Shown in pieces: positions 36,431-48,179 of a DNA stretch of 50,214 nt. This DNA is from Octopus bimaculoides (taxonomy: Eukaryota), in NCBI RefSeq assembly GCF_001194135.2, contig NC_069008.1:12324215-12374428 (forward strand). The letters are read 5' to 3'. The position numbers were made by a program, and so were the translations under genes. The notes under the pieces are model-generated. The model was given only the letters and a program-made list of their open reading frames with translations. It searched no databases and was not told the DNA's origin. Positions within the stretch are counted from its first letter, which is position 1. Each line of letters starts with the position of its first letter.

Positions 36431-36989
36431 TTGTTTTGAAGGGATTAACAGTTCAACATTATATATATATGTATATATATATATATNNNNNNNNNNNNNN
36501 NNNNNNNNNNNNNNNNNNNNNNNNNNNNNNNNNNNNNNNNNNNNNNNNNNNNNNNNNNNNNNNNNNNNNNNNNNNNNNNNNNNNNNNNNNNNNNNNNNNN
36601 NNNNNNNNNNNNNNNNNNNNNNNNNNNNNNNNNNNNNNNNNNNNNNNNNNNNNNNNNNNNNNNNNNNNNNNNNNNNNNNNNNNNNNNNNNNNNNNNNNNN
36701 NNNNNNNNNNNNNNNNNNNNNNNNNNNNNNNNNNNNNNNNNNNNNNNNNNNNNNNNNNNNNNNNNNNNNNNNNNNNNNNNNNNNNNNNNNNNNNNNNNNN
36801 NNNNNNNNNNNNNNNNNNNNNNNNNNNNNNNNNNNNNNNNNNNNNNNNNNNNNNNNNNNNNNNNNNNNNNNNNNNNNNNNNNNNNNNNNNNNNNNNNNNN
36901 NNNNNNNNNNTATATATATATATATATATATATATATTACACATATATCCATTGGATTGAGATCTGGTGTACGAGGAGGTCATGTGTCT

Positions 36990-37395
36990 GTGTGAACATG
37001 ATCATGGAGATTGGCAGGCATCACATAAGTTATAGGATGTCACAGAATCTTGTCAGAAGGTGTTTGGCAGCTCAGTATACAGTAAAGTTTTGTGGTGCCT
37101 TGCTGTACTCAAGATAACCTGTACTCCACAGCAGAAATGTTAAGGCTGTTCCCCTGGTGGTGAAGATTGATCAGCAAGAGTCCTGCGCCAGTATCACATA
37201 AAAAGCACTCGTGCCAGTGTCACATAGCAGCACTCAGTACACTCTGTAAAGTGGGTGGCATTCGAAAGGCCATCCAGCCATAGAAATCAAGCCAAATCAG
37301 ACTGGAATCTAGTGCTGCTCTCCAGTTAGCCAGCTCTGGTCAAACTGTCCAACACATGCCAGCATAGACAATAGACATTAAAAGATGACGATGAT
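36990..37395 (+). mobile_element. RTE 3'-UTR/tail fragment
   Basis: gaaaggcatccagccatagaaa...ccagcatagacaatagacattaaaagatgacgatgatg. Confidence 0.65.
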
Positions 37396-37459
37396 GTAGT
37401 GTACCCTCGAGTGAAATTCCTCTCCCCTTTATTATATATTCGTGCATACAAACATAGCA

Positions 37460-38011
37460 GATAACAGCTAACCTTTGGCTGCTAATATATATGGGAATTG
37501 GACAATAAGCATATGCCAGTGTTAATGGTGGTTCCAGAAATTTCGAGCTGGAAACTACAGCCTAGAAGACAAGCCTCGTTCTTGAAAATCTGTAGAGCTT
37601 ATCAAGGATGTCCTGCAAACCCTGGTGGAACAAAATCCCATCATAGCTGTTGAGGAACTAACAGAGAAGCTTGGATTTGGTCATTCAACCAGTCATTCAG
37701 GTCAGCTCTAGAAGAAAAACGACTATCTTTGGTTTCAAGACGGAAGGTGCTTTTCCATCAAGATAACACTTGGCCACATACAGTGAGGATGACATTCCAA
37801 AGGCTGGAACAGTTTGAAAGGGAAATGATGCACCACCCACCATATTTGCCAGCCATTAATCCATCTGATAATCATTTATTCTGCAGTCTTCAAAATCATT
37901 TGGATGGAAAAAATATGAATTCTGTAGATGAGGTCAGAACAGTAATGGAGGAGTACCTTTCATCATGGTCAAGTGAATTTTGGAAGAGGAGCCTTACGCA
38001 CCTACCAGATA

Positions 38012-38012
<1 letters not shown>
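37460..38012 (+). mobile_element. Mariner (DD34D) transposase fragment with internal deletion
   Basis: CQCWFQKFRAGNYSLEDKPRS; [10 protein letters not shown]; [22 protein letters not shown]. Confidence 0.8.
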
Positions 38013-38083
<71 letters not shown>

Positions 38084-38102
38084 TATACACACCTAACACT
38101 CT

Positions 38103-38145
<43 letters not shown>

Positions 38146-38149
38146 CACA

Positions 38150-38440
38150 GCAGAAGTGTAAATGCTGCTCCCCCTGCTGAACAGGATGGGCGTTCTAGAG
38201 CCCCGTGCCAGTGCCATGTAAAAAGCACCTGCGCTGGCGCCACGTATAGGCACTCATGCCAGTACCACGAAAAAGTACTCAGCACACTCTGTACGGTGAT
38301 TGGCGTTAGGAAGGGCATCCAGCCTTAGAAACGAAGTCAAATCAGACTAGAACCTTGTGCAGCTCTCCTGCTTGCCAGTTATGGTCAAACTGTCCAACCC
38401 AAGTCAGTATGGAAAACAAACTTAAAGGATGATTATGATA
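38150..38440 (+). mobile_element. RTE 3'-UTR/tail fragment
   Basis: ggcgttaggaagggcatccagcc...cagtatggaaaacaaacttaaaggatgattatgat. Confidence 0.7.
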
Positions 38441-39016
38441 CTTTGTAAACATGTTTGTCAATGGTGTAGATTAAGTAATGTTTATGTTTCAAATGTAATC
38501 TTGAAAATACTTGTGAAAGTATCACAGTTATGGAAATTGATAACAAAGCTTGGGTGGGGTTGAGAAGGATTAGAAATACCTCAAAAATTATTTTGTTCTC
38601 AATCTAGTGATGATAATCATAATCTAGACCCTCGAAAAGTTTACCTCCACAAAGATTGATTAAAAAATATCTATTCTTCAGAAATTTACAACAAAACAGT
38701 CTGGTGCAGGGCACTAAAATATAATAATGCTTCATATCATTTCTATACAGTCCCCTCTATTCTGTACTGTTTCTGTACAAATTATACAACTTTACTGTAT
38801 TCCTCTGTATGGAAAAGCCAAAATTTGTAACTTAACATATTTAATGAGTGAAACATTTAAAAGTTAATAAGGAATAAATACACAACAAATTGGGGAAGTG
38901 ATATTCAACGGAAAACCATGTGTCGGATTATCAGGAAGAGGAGTTTCTTTATCAAAGGAAATGTGAAGGGCAAAGAAGTTGGAAGTGAAAGTGTAAAAAC
39001 TGAAATTTCTGGAAAT

Positions 39017-39965
39017 AGGCACCGGCATGGCTGTGTGGTACGAAGGAGGCCCCAACCCCCGAAACCTCTAAAAGGAAGAAGAAAAGAAAGAGAGATGGGA
39101 AGTGGCCGGTGGACGTTTATGTGCCGCCGACCGAACCAGTCACCCCTCCGGAAGGAAATGTACCATCGGAGAGGGAGGTCCTGNNNNNNNNNNNNNNNNN
39201 NNNNNNNNNNNNNNNNNNNNNNNNNNNNNNNNNNNNNNNNNNNNNNNNNNNNNNNNNNNNNNNNNNNNNNNNNNNNNNNNNNNNNNNNNNNNNNNNNNNN
39301 NNNNNNNNNNNNNNNNNNNNNNNNNNNNNNNNNNNNNNNNNNNNNNNNNNNNNNNNNNNNNNNNNNNNNNNNNNNNNNNNNNNNNNNNNNNNNNNNNNNN
39401 NNNNNNNNNNNNNNNNNNNNNNNNNNNNNNNNNNNNNNNNNNNNNNNNNNNNNNNNNNNNNNNNNNNNNNNNNNNNNNNNNNNNNNNNNNNNNNNNNNNN
39501 NNNNNNNNNNNNNNNNNNNNNNNNNNNNNNNNNNNNNNNNNNNNNNNNNNNNNNNNNNNNNNNNNNNNNNNNNNNNNNNNNNNNNNNNNNNNNNNNNNNN
39601 NNNNNNNNNNNNNNNNNNNNNNNNNNNNNNNNNNNNNNNNNNNNNNNNNNNNNNNNNNNNNNNNNNNNNNNNNNNNNNNNNNNNNNNNNNNNNNNNNNNN
39701 NNNNNNNNNNNNNNNNNNNNNNNNNNNNNNNNNNNNNNNNNNNNNNNNNNNNNNNNNNNNNNNNNNNNNNNNNNNNNNNNNNNNNNNNNNNNNNNNNNNN
39801 NNNNNNNNNNNNNNNNNNNNNNNNNNNNNNNNNNNNNNNNNNNNNNNNNNNNNNNNNNNNNNNNNTATATATATATATATATGTGTGTATGTCTGTGTGT
39901 GTGTGCATCTTTGTGCCTGTGTTTGTCCCCCCATCATCTCTTAACAAGTGTTGGTGTGTTTATGT
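39017..39965 (+). mobile_element. SINE head (39017-39040) and 3' part (39885-39965) separated by a GC-rich insert and a 682-N gap
   Basis: ggcatggctgtgtggta is abruptly followed by unrelated sequence; tgtgtttgtccccc...gttggtgtgtttatg lies after the gap. Confidence 0.55.
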
Positions 39966-40954
39966 TCTGATTAAATGAAGCAATATTCAAGTAATTTCCA
40001 TCATGTGAATATTGAAAAAGAAATAAAAGATTAAATGATTTCGGTGGTGACTATGGCAGCTGATTTATATCCCTGCTAGCGATATAAACAAGAGTGCATT
40101 TTGCTCCCAAAAGCCTAAATGAGAGTTTCTTCCGAGGTTACTTCCACAGTATTCTGTGCACTAGTACAACATCCACTTTTAAATGGGGATAAAACTTAAC
40201 TTTTGGTATTAACACTACTTCTGTTGCTAATAATTGTGTGTGTGCACGCGTGCACGTGCCTTTTTGCATTCGCATGTTTCAATTGATAATGAGTGTCACC
40301 ATTTGAACAGCCACTTTTTCAGGTTTGCCTGGGTCAGACAGAATCCACAGAGGTGGAATTTTACCAAATGCTCTTCCTGTTCTTCTTACAACAAGATGCT
40401 CTTCCTGTTTCCAAGCAAGATAATTTTTCCTCATGTCTCGACATGTTTTCATAGCATGTTGGAAACAAATGATGTGATGATGCTTATTTGCTACTATCAT
40501 GTGATATCAAGACAAGATGACACAAAAACACAGCAGTCTTCTTTTGCTTTGCGTCAATCAAAATTCACTTGCATTTCTTTGGCTGGCCTTTGGATGTGGA
40601 AGGAAAGACTTGCCCAAGATTCAACACAGTAGTACTAAACTTGAAATCATGTGGTTGGGAAGCAAATCCCTTAAACATACAGTCATGCCAGTTATAATTA
40701 TTGTTTATGTTATTTTCTCCTCAATGTTTTTTGCTTGTCATGAAAACTGTAGGAGCTTTGAAAACGGCTTGATTTTGATCCTCGCTTGCTATCTGGTCAA
40801 ATAACATACCAGCAGCTACATTAGTCTTAAAAATTAAAAATTGTATTTAAGGATCCCATGAATAGTCAGAGATTTAGAGACATTTTAACAGAAGCATTTA
40901 ATGAAAAGGAGGAGGAGGAGTTACAGACTTGTAATATAGAGCATAACTGGAAGT

Positions 40955-42925
40955 TCTTACGGGACAACTTGTTGAGAGCCGCGGACCAAATTTGTGGTTA
41001 GTGCAAAGTCCCAACCAGGCCTATTGTGATGTGATAGAACAATGTAGTTGATAAGGCCATTAGAGAAAAGAAATGGGCTTTGAAGGACTGGAAGGGTAGC
41101 AGTAGCTAGAAGGGAAGCTAGGAAGCAGGTATACTTAGCCAGAGATGAAGCAGAAAGGAAGAAGTTTGCCAATGTTGTGCAGTTTGAGGACCAGCGGTTT
41201 GAAGTGTTTCAATTTGCAAGACAGTGTGCCAAGGAAAACTATGATGTTGGAGAGAACTGTGTTCGCATGGATGATGGTTCACTTGCAATTAGTGACACTG
41301 CAAAGAAAGGGGCTTGGAAGTGCCAATATGAAAGGCTACTAAATGTACAGAACTCATGGGAGAAGGTGAGTCTGTCCACTGTGGATCCAATAGAGGGACC
41401 AGCAATCCGAATAGACAGCAGCATGGTAGATAAAACCATGAAGGATATGAAAACCAGGAAATTCCCCGGCCCATCAGGGATCACCGCTGAGATGCTTAAA
41501 ATATCAGGCAGTGTGAGTTATGCTCTAGTTACCCATATAGTTAATCAGATTGTACACGAAGGAGTCATACCCAATGACTAGTGTAGCAATATCATCGTTA
41601 ACTGCTACAAAGGTAAAGGTGATGCCGTAGTCAGAAATAATTACTGAAATATCAAATGATGAAAGTTACGGAGAAGGCCATAGCCCAACTAATTTGGAAG
41701 AGTTAGTCTAGATGAGATGCAGTTTGTTTTTGCGCCGGGGAGAAGCACCACTGATGCTATATTTCTGATAAAGCAGCCTTTGATAGGGTACCCTGCTTCC
41801 TTATTTGGTGGTCAATGCGGACACTAGGAATAGACGAGTGGTCAGTGAGAGCTGTACAAGGATACTGTCAGCAAGGTGAGGGTGGGCAACGAGTATAGCA
41901 ATGAATTCAGAGTACAAGTAGGAGTTCTCCAAGGATCAGTCTTCAGCCCCCCACCCTTGTTCATCATAGTCCTCCAGGCGATAACATAGAAATTTAAAAC
42001 ATGTTGCCCCTGGAACCTCCTCTGTGCTGATGACCGTGTTCTTATAGCCGAATCACTTCAGAGGAAGGTGAACAGGGAAAATAGTTTTTGTGTATGGAAG
42101 GCGCACAGGTACAATAAACACTAAAAATGTACAGAAAATAGACTCCATCAAATTCTAGGCAGGAAAGCTTGAAGTAGCTGATAGCTTCCATTATCTAAGT
42201 GACCAAGTCAGTAGCAGAGGTAGATGCTCTGAGAGCATAGCTATTAGAATACGATTAGGCTGGTCAAAGTTCAGAGAACTCCTACCTCTATTGGTAATAA
42301 AGGGTCTCTCCCTCAGAGTGAAAGGCAGATTGTATGATACCTGTGTGTGAACAGCCATGCTACACAGTAGTGTAACGTGAGCTGTGACCACTGAGGAAAT
42401 ATGTAGGCTTGAAAGAAATTAAGCTAGTATACTTTGCTGGATGTGCAATATCAGTGTGCATGTACGACAGAGTGTCGATGTCTTGAGAGAAAAGCTGGAC
42501 ATAAGAGACATCAGATGTGATGTGCAAGAGAGATGACTGTGCTGATATGGGCATGTGATGCATGTGGGTGAGGACAGCTGTGTAACAAAAGTGCTGATCT
42601 CTTATTGTAGAGGAAACTTGAGGAAGAGTTATATCCAGGAACATATGGGGTGATGTGGTGAAACATGATCTTTGAACGTTGCCCCTCACAGAAGAAATGA
42701 TAAGTGGCTGAGACTTTTGTAGTATGCCATGCTTGAAAAAACTCAAGTTAAGTGAAACCGTAGTTGTGGCTGATGCCGGTGTCATGTAACAGGTACCCAT
42801 GTTGGTGGCTCATAAAAAGCACCCAGCCGTAGAAACCATACTAAATTAGATTGGAACCTGGTGCAGCTCTCCGATTTATCAGTTTCAATCAAATCGCTTA
42901 ACCCATGCCAGCATTGAAAGCAGAC
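40955..42925 (+). mobile_element. RTE-clade LINE, longest copy in the window, frameshifted, with 3' tail
   Basis: PGPSGITAEMLK, YKGKGDA, QVGVLQGSVFSP, RIGWSKFRELLPLL, tail gatgatgatg. Confidence 0.9.
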
Positions 42926-43021
42926 ACTAAATGATGATGATGTAGTCCTAGATATACAATACTAGAGAGAAAGAATGGGTGTTCATGGATGTTATTGTCC
43001 ACTATTCTGGAATCTAAGCTT

Positions 43022-43757
43022 TATACAAGATTCTGTAATGTAAATTTAATAAACTGAAAAGTTGTTCAAGAAAATGTTTGTTTCTGCAGTTTAGCTCTGT
43101 AGACATGCTATAAAGTTTCCACGATTGAATCTATATTTTCTAAGTATATCTATACCTTATAGAGATAGTTTCTATATCTTACACTGTTATTTTTTTTACT
43201 ATTTCAGAATATCAGAGGACATGACATAAGAGAAGATGCATCTTCAAAACATACCATATTTTAAAGACTGCAGAATAGATATTCAAAACTATTTTCATAA
43301 ATCTATAGTAGAATTCCTATAAAATACTTGCTCTGAATTGAGACTATTAGCAAAACAAAATTTCTAGAGTGTGTACAAAATGAGCATGTATGTCCTAATA
43401 AAGCTTGGATAAATTTTCTTAGGATTTGTTGGATAAAAGTAACATTAGACAGAAAGAGAGCAGCTGAAACGATTGGTTCGGAATAAACGAAAATTTGAAA
43501 ATTCGCCCCAATCTGAAGCGTAAATGTATTCAGATTGGAAAGGAGATATAACAGTGTGTAATAACAGGCTTCCCACACTCTGCTTTATATCAACACAACT
43601 AAACACTGTTACAATAACTTACTTCTGTGATATTTGTAATAAAAGCAATTTCCTCCAAATTTTGAATTTGTTGACTGTGTTGAGAAAAGTATTATATTTG
43701 GGAAGAATCATAATAAAGCCTATAAACACATTCACCGGTTGTTGTTTGTCTATATTT
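43022..43757 (+). pseudogene. ZNF-C: finger-less paralog (intron end, acceptor 43207, leader to 43488, 32-nt filler, 3' UTR 43521-43757)
   Basis: 43022-43488 matches the ZNF-A/B intron and leader. 43521-43757 matches the ZNF-B 3' UTR (23680-23453 minus). No ATG-finger region lies between. Confidence 0.8.
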
Positions 43758-43964
43758 CCCTTAAATCTTAAGTATTTATGCGTCACGACTATGATCGTTC
43801 ATGGCTTTGGCACAACTTGATAAGCTTTCTCAATACTGGTCGCTTTCTCGCTTGGGTTTGCTATTTATTATGGTCATTTCTTTTCCACTTCATGTTCCTT
43901 TTGGCAGTATCTTCGAATCTTAACCTGCATTCTTTTCCCCCTAACATAGTTGGGAGTAAATGAC

Positions 43965-44420
43965 TTGTCTGGGGAGTTTCTTGTTGTCCATCCTGCGTAC
44001 ATGGCCAAACTAACGTAAATTTCTGTCAATGAGGATTTCCATCATAAGAGGCAGGCCAGCAGGCAAAATTTTTATTCCCACGAGAGTTCCAGATCCCAGC
44101 AATGAACTCATCTGGATACAGTCAATCAAGAGATCACCTCGAAAATCCACATACTTTGTACTACTACAGTACAGCCAGTCAGGCATAAAATGGTGTATGC
44201 TGCTCTGTGAGTACAGCATAGTATATCTCACATAAGCACCACATCCCCACCACCATCCTCATAGATCAATTCAGCACTATCTCTATATGAAGCTAACATT
44301 AGGTACTTATGCTCAGACTGACATTAGTGACATTGCATGTACCTACTGATATAGGCAAGGAGGGCGCAATACGTCACAATGCCATATTGATCACGATATT
44401 TCCAGATCAACACCAACATT
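43965..44420 (-). mobile_element. Old RTE/BovB-like LINE RT C-terminal fragment
   Basis: AGLPLMMEILIDRNLR*FGHVRRMDNKKLPR (RW.GHV.RM motif). Confidence 0.6.
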
Positions 44421-44459
44421 TCAAATTAAGCATGTAGAAAATAAGTTCAAAAATTAGAA

Positions 44460-44646
44460 GGTAATTTTTCAGATTAACACCCGCACGATCTTCACTAGGG
44501 TGTTAGGGTTAGGGTTTTAGGGTCAGGGTTAGGGTCTTAGGGTTAGTTNNNNNNNNNNCCCTAAACACTAACCCTAACCCTGACCCTAAAACCCTAACCC
44601 TAACACCCTAGTGAAGATCGTGCGGGTGTTAATCTGAAAAATTACC
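44460..44646. mobile_element. Foldback MITE, Merlin-like, with TTAGGG-type repeats; 76-bp perfect TIR; 8-bp TSD AATTAGAA
   Basis: 44460-44535 is the exact reverse complement of 44571-44646. TSD at 44452-44459 and 44647-44654. Terminus GGTAA fits the Merlin GGNRM consensus. 10-N gap in the centre. Confidence 0.75.
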
Positions 44647-44719
44647 AATTAGAAAACTACACTCATTTACACTTTCTAGAAAATTACGCAAATTGGCAAC
44701 CCATTGCATCACCGGTGAG

Positions 44720-45150
44720 CAGCCCTCCATTCACTTTATACACTAAATTTCACATTTGTCACTCCTGTTAAATCGTTTAGTACAGTTTGATTTTGGTATA
44801 ATGCACATTTCCCCCTGAACTCAGTCAGAGTATTTTCTTGACTAGGTGGACACTAGTTTGATAGTTGAGCTCTGATTGACTGTATGCAAATGAGTTCATA
44901 ACTGAGGTCCGGAACCCCCGTGAGAAAAAAAAATTCCGCGGTCAGCACACCGTAGGATCTCTTCCTTCTCGATCTTCTCAAAGATAGTAATATTCATAAT
45001 TTGTCGTAGCTGTCTCATCGTATAAGCATGAAACGTATCTACTTGAGCTTTATAGATTGTTCAGTTATCACTCCACACAGCACGGAAGAAAGCACTGTAG
45101 CTTGGTACACCTTACAAAGCTTGGTAATGGTTTACCAAGTACACTATCGT
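44720..45150 (-). mobile_element. Highly degenerate RTE-like LINE fragment
   Basis: KATVLSSVLCG...DTFH...LRQIMNITIFEKIEKEEILRCAD resembles the LINE RT thumb. Confidence 0.4.
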
Positions 45151-45256
45151 TTGCAATAAACTGAGAGAAAAGGGGTCTGCAAAGAGTTATCTCCCGTTAA
45201 TTGTTAATGGAAAGAAAACAAAAACGTTCTGTCTTTAAATTGTACATGAAAATGTG

Positions 45257-45495
45257 ACGCATGCGCACTAAGCGGTTTTCCGTTTCTTTCGTTACTTCTA
45301 AATTTTAGTTTATTGAATGAATTTCATATAACCAAGTACCGTTCTTTGTTATTAAATATTTCTCGTCCACCACACACACACATACACACTCTGTTATAAT
45401 ACTTTTTCAACAATTCTACATAGTTCGAGAACATTTCTCAACTACCACACACACAGTTATGACAACACTATCCTTTATAAAACATTTTCGTAAGT
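45257..45495 (+). promoter_or_regulatory. Predicted promoter, non-coding exon 1 and donor of ZNF-D
   Basis: ACGCATGCGCA (45257-45267), 12 nt, CCGTT. Exon end acaacactatcctttataaaacattttc|GTAAGT (45490). Homologous to 18975-18771 (-). Confidence 0.6.
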
Positions 45496-45693
45496 ATTAA
45501 ACAATGAAAATGTTTAATCTTTTAATGCTGTTAATGTTCTTCGTTTTTGACATGTCGATTGTTTGTGTCTCTCGCATCTTTTATACATGAAACATGTCTG
45601 ATTTGTGCGTGATCCGGGTGCTGTTTCTTGCTATGAAACCTACTTTGTTGACTGCCCATCGTTGTCATGTTAGTTTGTTGTGTGATTTTTATT

Positions 45694-46426
45694 TGGTTTC
45701 AAATTTTGTCACAAGGCCAGCAATTTGATTACATCGACTCCAGTGCTTAACTAGTACTTACTTCGGTTAATGTTTACAATATTACCCAGAAACGAAATAA
45801 AAAAATATTTTTTAAAATAGTGCAACGGGTTTTTAAAAAAATGTGTAGGAAATGAATATGGAAACAAAAGTGCGTAGAAAGCAATGGGGGTGGGGTCAGA
45901 GGACTTCGGAAAATTCACAAGATCCGAGTTTTTTTCCTCATAACTNNNNNNNNNNNNNNNNNNNNNNNNNNNNNNNNNNNNNNNNNNNNNNNNNNNNNNN
46001 NNNNNNNNNNNNNNNNNNNNNNNNNNNNNNNNNNNNNNNNNNNNNNNNNNNNNNNNNNNNNNNNNNNNNNNNNNNNNNNNNNNNNNNNNNNNNNNNNNNN
46101 NNNNNNNNNNNNNNNNNNNNNNNNNNNNNNNNNNNNNNNNNNNNNNNNNNNNNNNNNNNNNNNNNNNNNNNNNNNNNNNNNNNNNNNNNNNNNNNNNNNN
46201 NNNNNNNNNNNNNNNNNNNNNNNNNNNNNNNNNNNNNNNNNNNNNNNNNNNNNNNNNNNNNNNNNNNNNNNNNNNNNNNNNNNNNNNNNNNNNNNNNNNN
46301 NNNNNNNNNNNNNNNNNNNNNNNNNNNNNNNNNNNNNNNNNNNNNNNNNNNNNNNNNNNNNNNNNNNNNNNNNNNNNNNNNNNNNNNNNNNNNNNNNNNN
46401 NNNNNNNNNNNNNNNNNNNNNNNNNN

Positions 46427-46476
<50 letters not shown>

Positions 46477-47068
46477 GGAGAAAATAATGATGAAGGGTTA
46501 AAAAAGCGTAAAAATAATTGAAAATGAAACAAAATTAAAGCCAAAACACTAAAAATTATTGAAAGTGGGTAAAAATAAACACTACATAGTGTAGTAGTAC
46601 TACGGTAGGGTATCTGTAGAAAGTTGAATATGATTTCGGAATATAACGGGGGAAAAATTCGGATCCTGGGAATTTTCCGGAAGTCCTCTCTATACCATTT
46701 GAAAGGTATTTATATAAAATTTCATTTAAAAAAAAACCTGTTTTACTCAAAGTTACGATGGAAAAAAATTGGATCTTGTGAATTTTCCAAAGTCCTCTCC
46801 CCACCCTACTCCACCCACCCCGTTACTTTCTGCGCATTTTTGTCTTCATATTCATTTCCTACACATTTTTCTTACACCCATTGCACTATGTTTTTTTATA
46901 TTTTGTTTCCAGGTAATATTGTAAGCATTAACCCTTATTTTATTGACCTCAAAAAATGAAAGGCAAATTCAAACTCGGTTGGGTTTTGAACTAGGGACAT
47001 AAGGATGGTCGAAGTGCAACTAAGCATTTTGCCTGACATGCTAACGATTCTGCCAGTTCGCTGCCTTA
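45694..47068 (-). mobile_element. Nin/Deu-like SINE split by a Merlin-like insertion
   Basis: 3' half at 45694-45764 and 5' half at 46934-47068 join into the 22652-type consensus. Confidence 0.7.
45765..46933. mobile_element. Merlin-like non-autonomous element, about 170-bp TIRs starting GGTTAAT
   Basis: ggttaatgtttacaatattacc...gaaaattcacaagatcc mirrored at 46770-46933. Degenerate 8-bp TSD cttacttc/cttatttt corresponds to the SINE consensus cttatttt. Confidence 0.75.
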
Positions 47069-47529
47069 ATTCTTTACTGTAAGTCATCTAATGTTTTGTT
47101 TTTATTTTTTCCATGGTAGAACTGCAGATATTCCCCCACCAACATTGCTAGAACCACCTCATTTGTTTCCTCATAACATTATGAAAGATGAAGATATTTA
47201 GTGAAATTTTCTATAAATGTGTTTCAGATAGTGAAGTTTCCAATTATGTTGTAATTAGATCTGAAAAAAAAAAATGGTCCAGCAGAGAGGTGTGGGAGAG
47301 TGATTTCAGGCATCTTGACTTTGTTTCCTCATGCATTTTGATGATGCCTCTTAAAATTACGTTGAAGAAAAAATATATAGTGATCATTAGTTTTAGGCAC
47401 ATATATTGTCAGGGTTAATAATTGTTTCAAGTGTTGACACAAGGCCAGGAGTTTTGAGGGGAGAGGGAAGTTGATTACCTCGACCCCAGTACTTGATGGG
47501 TACTGCTTTATCACCTTGTGTCTATAACT

Positions 47530-47800
47530 GAGGTGCAAGCGTGGCTGTGTGGTAAGAAGTTTCCTTTCCAACCATATGGTTCTGTGTTCAATCCCACTAT
47601 GTGACACTTTGGGCAAGTCCCTTCTACTAGACCAACCAAAGCCTTGTGGGTGGATTTAGTGAAAGAAACTGAAAGAAGCCCATTGTATATATGTTTGTAT
47701 GTTTCACACCACTACTTGACAACTAGTGTCGGTTTGTTTACATCCTCATTCCTTAGCAGTTTGGCAAAAGACCAATAAAATACATATTGGGGTCAAGTTG
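47530..47800 (+). mobile_element. SINE (ggctgtgtggtaagaag family)
   Basis: gcgtggctgtgtggtaagaag...gggcaagtcccttctac...aaactgaaagaagccc. Confidence 0.8.
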
Positions 47801-47901
47801 TTTTACTAACCCTATCAGAGCAATACCATAACTCGGGCTGTAGCCTAAAGACTGGTACCAAGTAAAATGTGTGTGTATGAATGTATAAATATTTATATAT
47901 A

Positions 47902-48132
47902 CAGGGCTGGCCAAAAGTCACCCGACAGCAAATAAAAATTCCATAAGCACTTAAGATTCAATTTTATATACTCATTTGGAAAAATGATGTCACTCAAGGA
48001 GGACTTCAGTTTGAATAATTTTCATGATGTTTCATATTTAGATGCTTTTATTAAATTCATTCAGTTGTTAAACATAAATAAATCTTGGCATTAAATGCTT
48101 TTGATTTACTGTCAGGTGACTTTTGGCCATCC

Positions 48133-48135
<3 letters not shown>
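47902..48135. mobile_element. Tc1/mariner-type MITE (234 bp), TA TSD
   Basis: TA|CAGGGCTGGCCAAAAGTCACCCGACAG...CTGTCAGGTGACTTTTGGCCATCCCTG|TA. Confidence 0.85.
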
Positions 48136-48178
<43 letters not shown>

Positions 48179-48179
48179 G

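Noticed and set aside
32867-39978. Long ORFs made of X or YI/IY runs (also 13297-13584, 19386-19820, 45852-46544)
   Set aside because: Artefacts of N-gaps and (AT)n microsatellites.
43524-43820. ORF containing YFCDICNKS as a possible zinc finger
   Set aside because: The segment aligns to the ZNF-B 3' UTR around the first AATAAA; no His pair follows.
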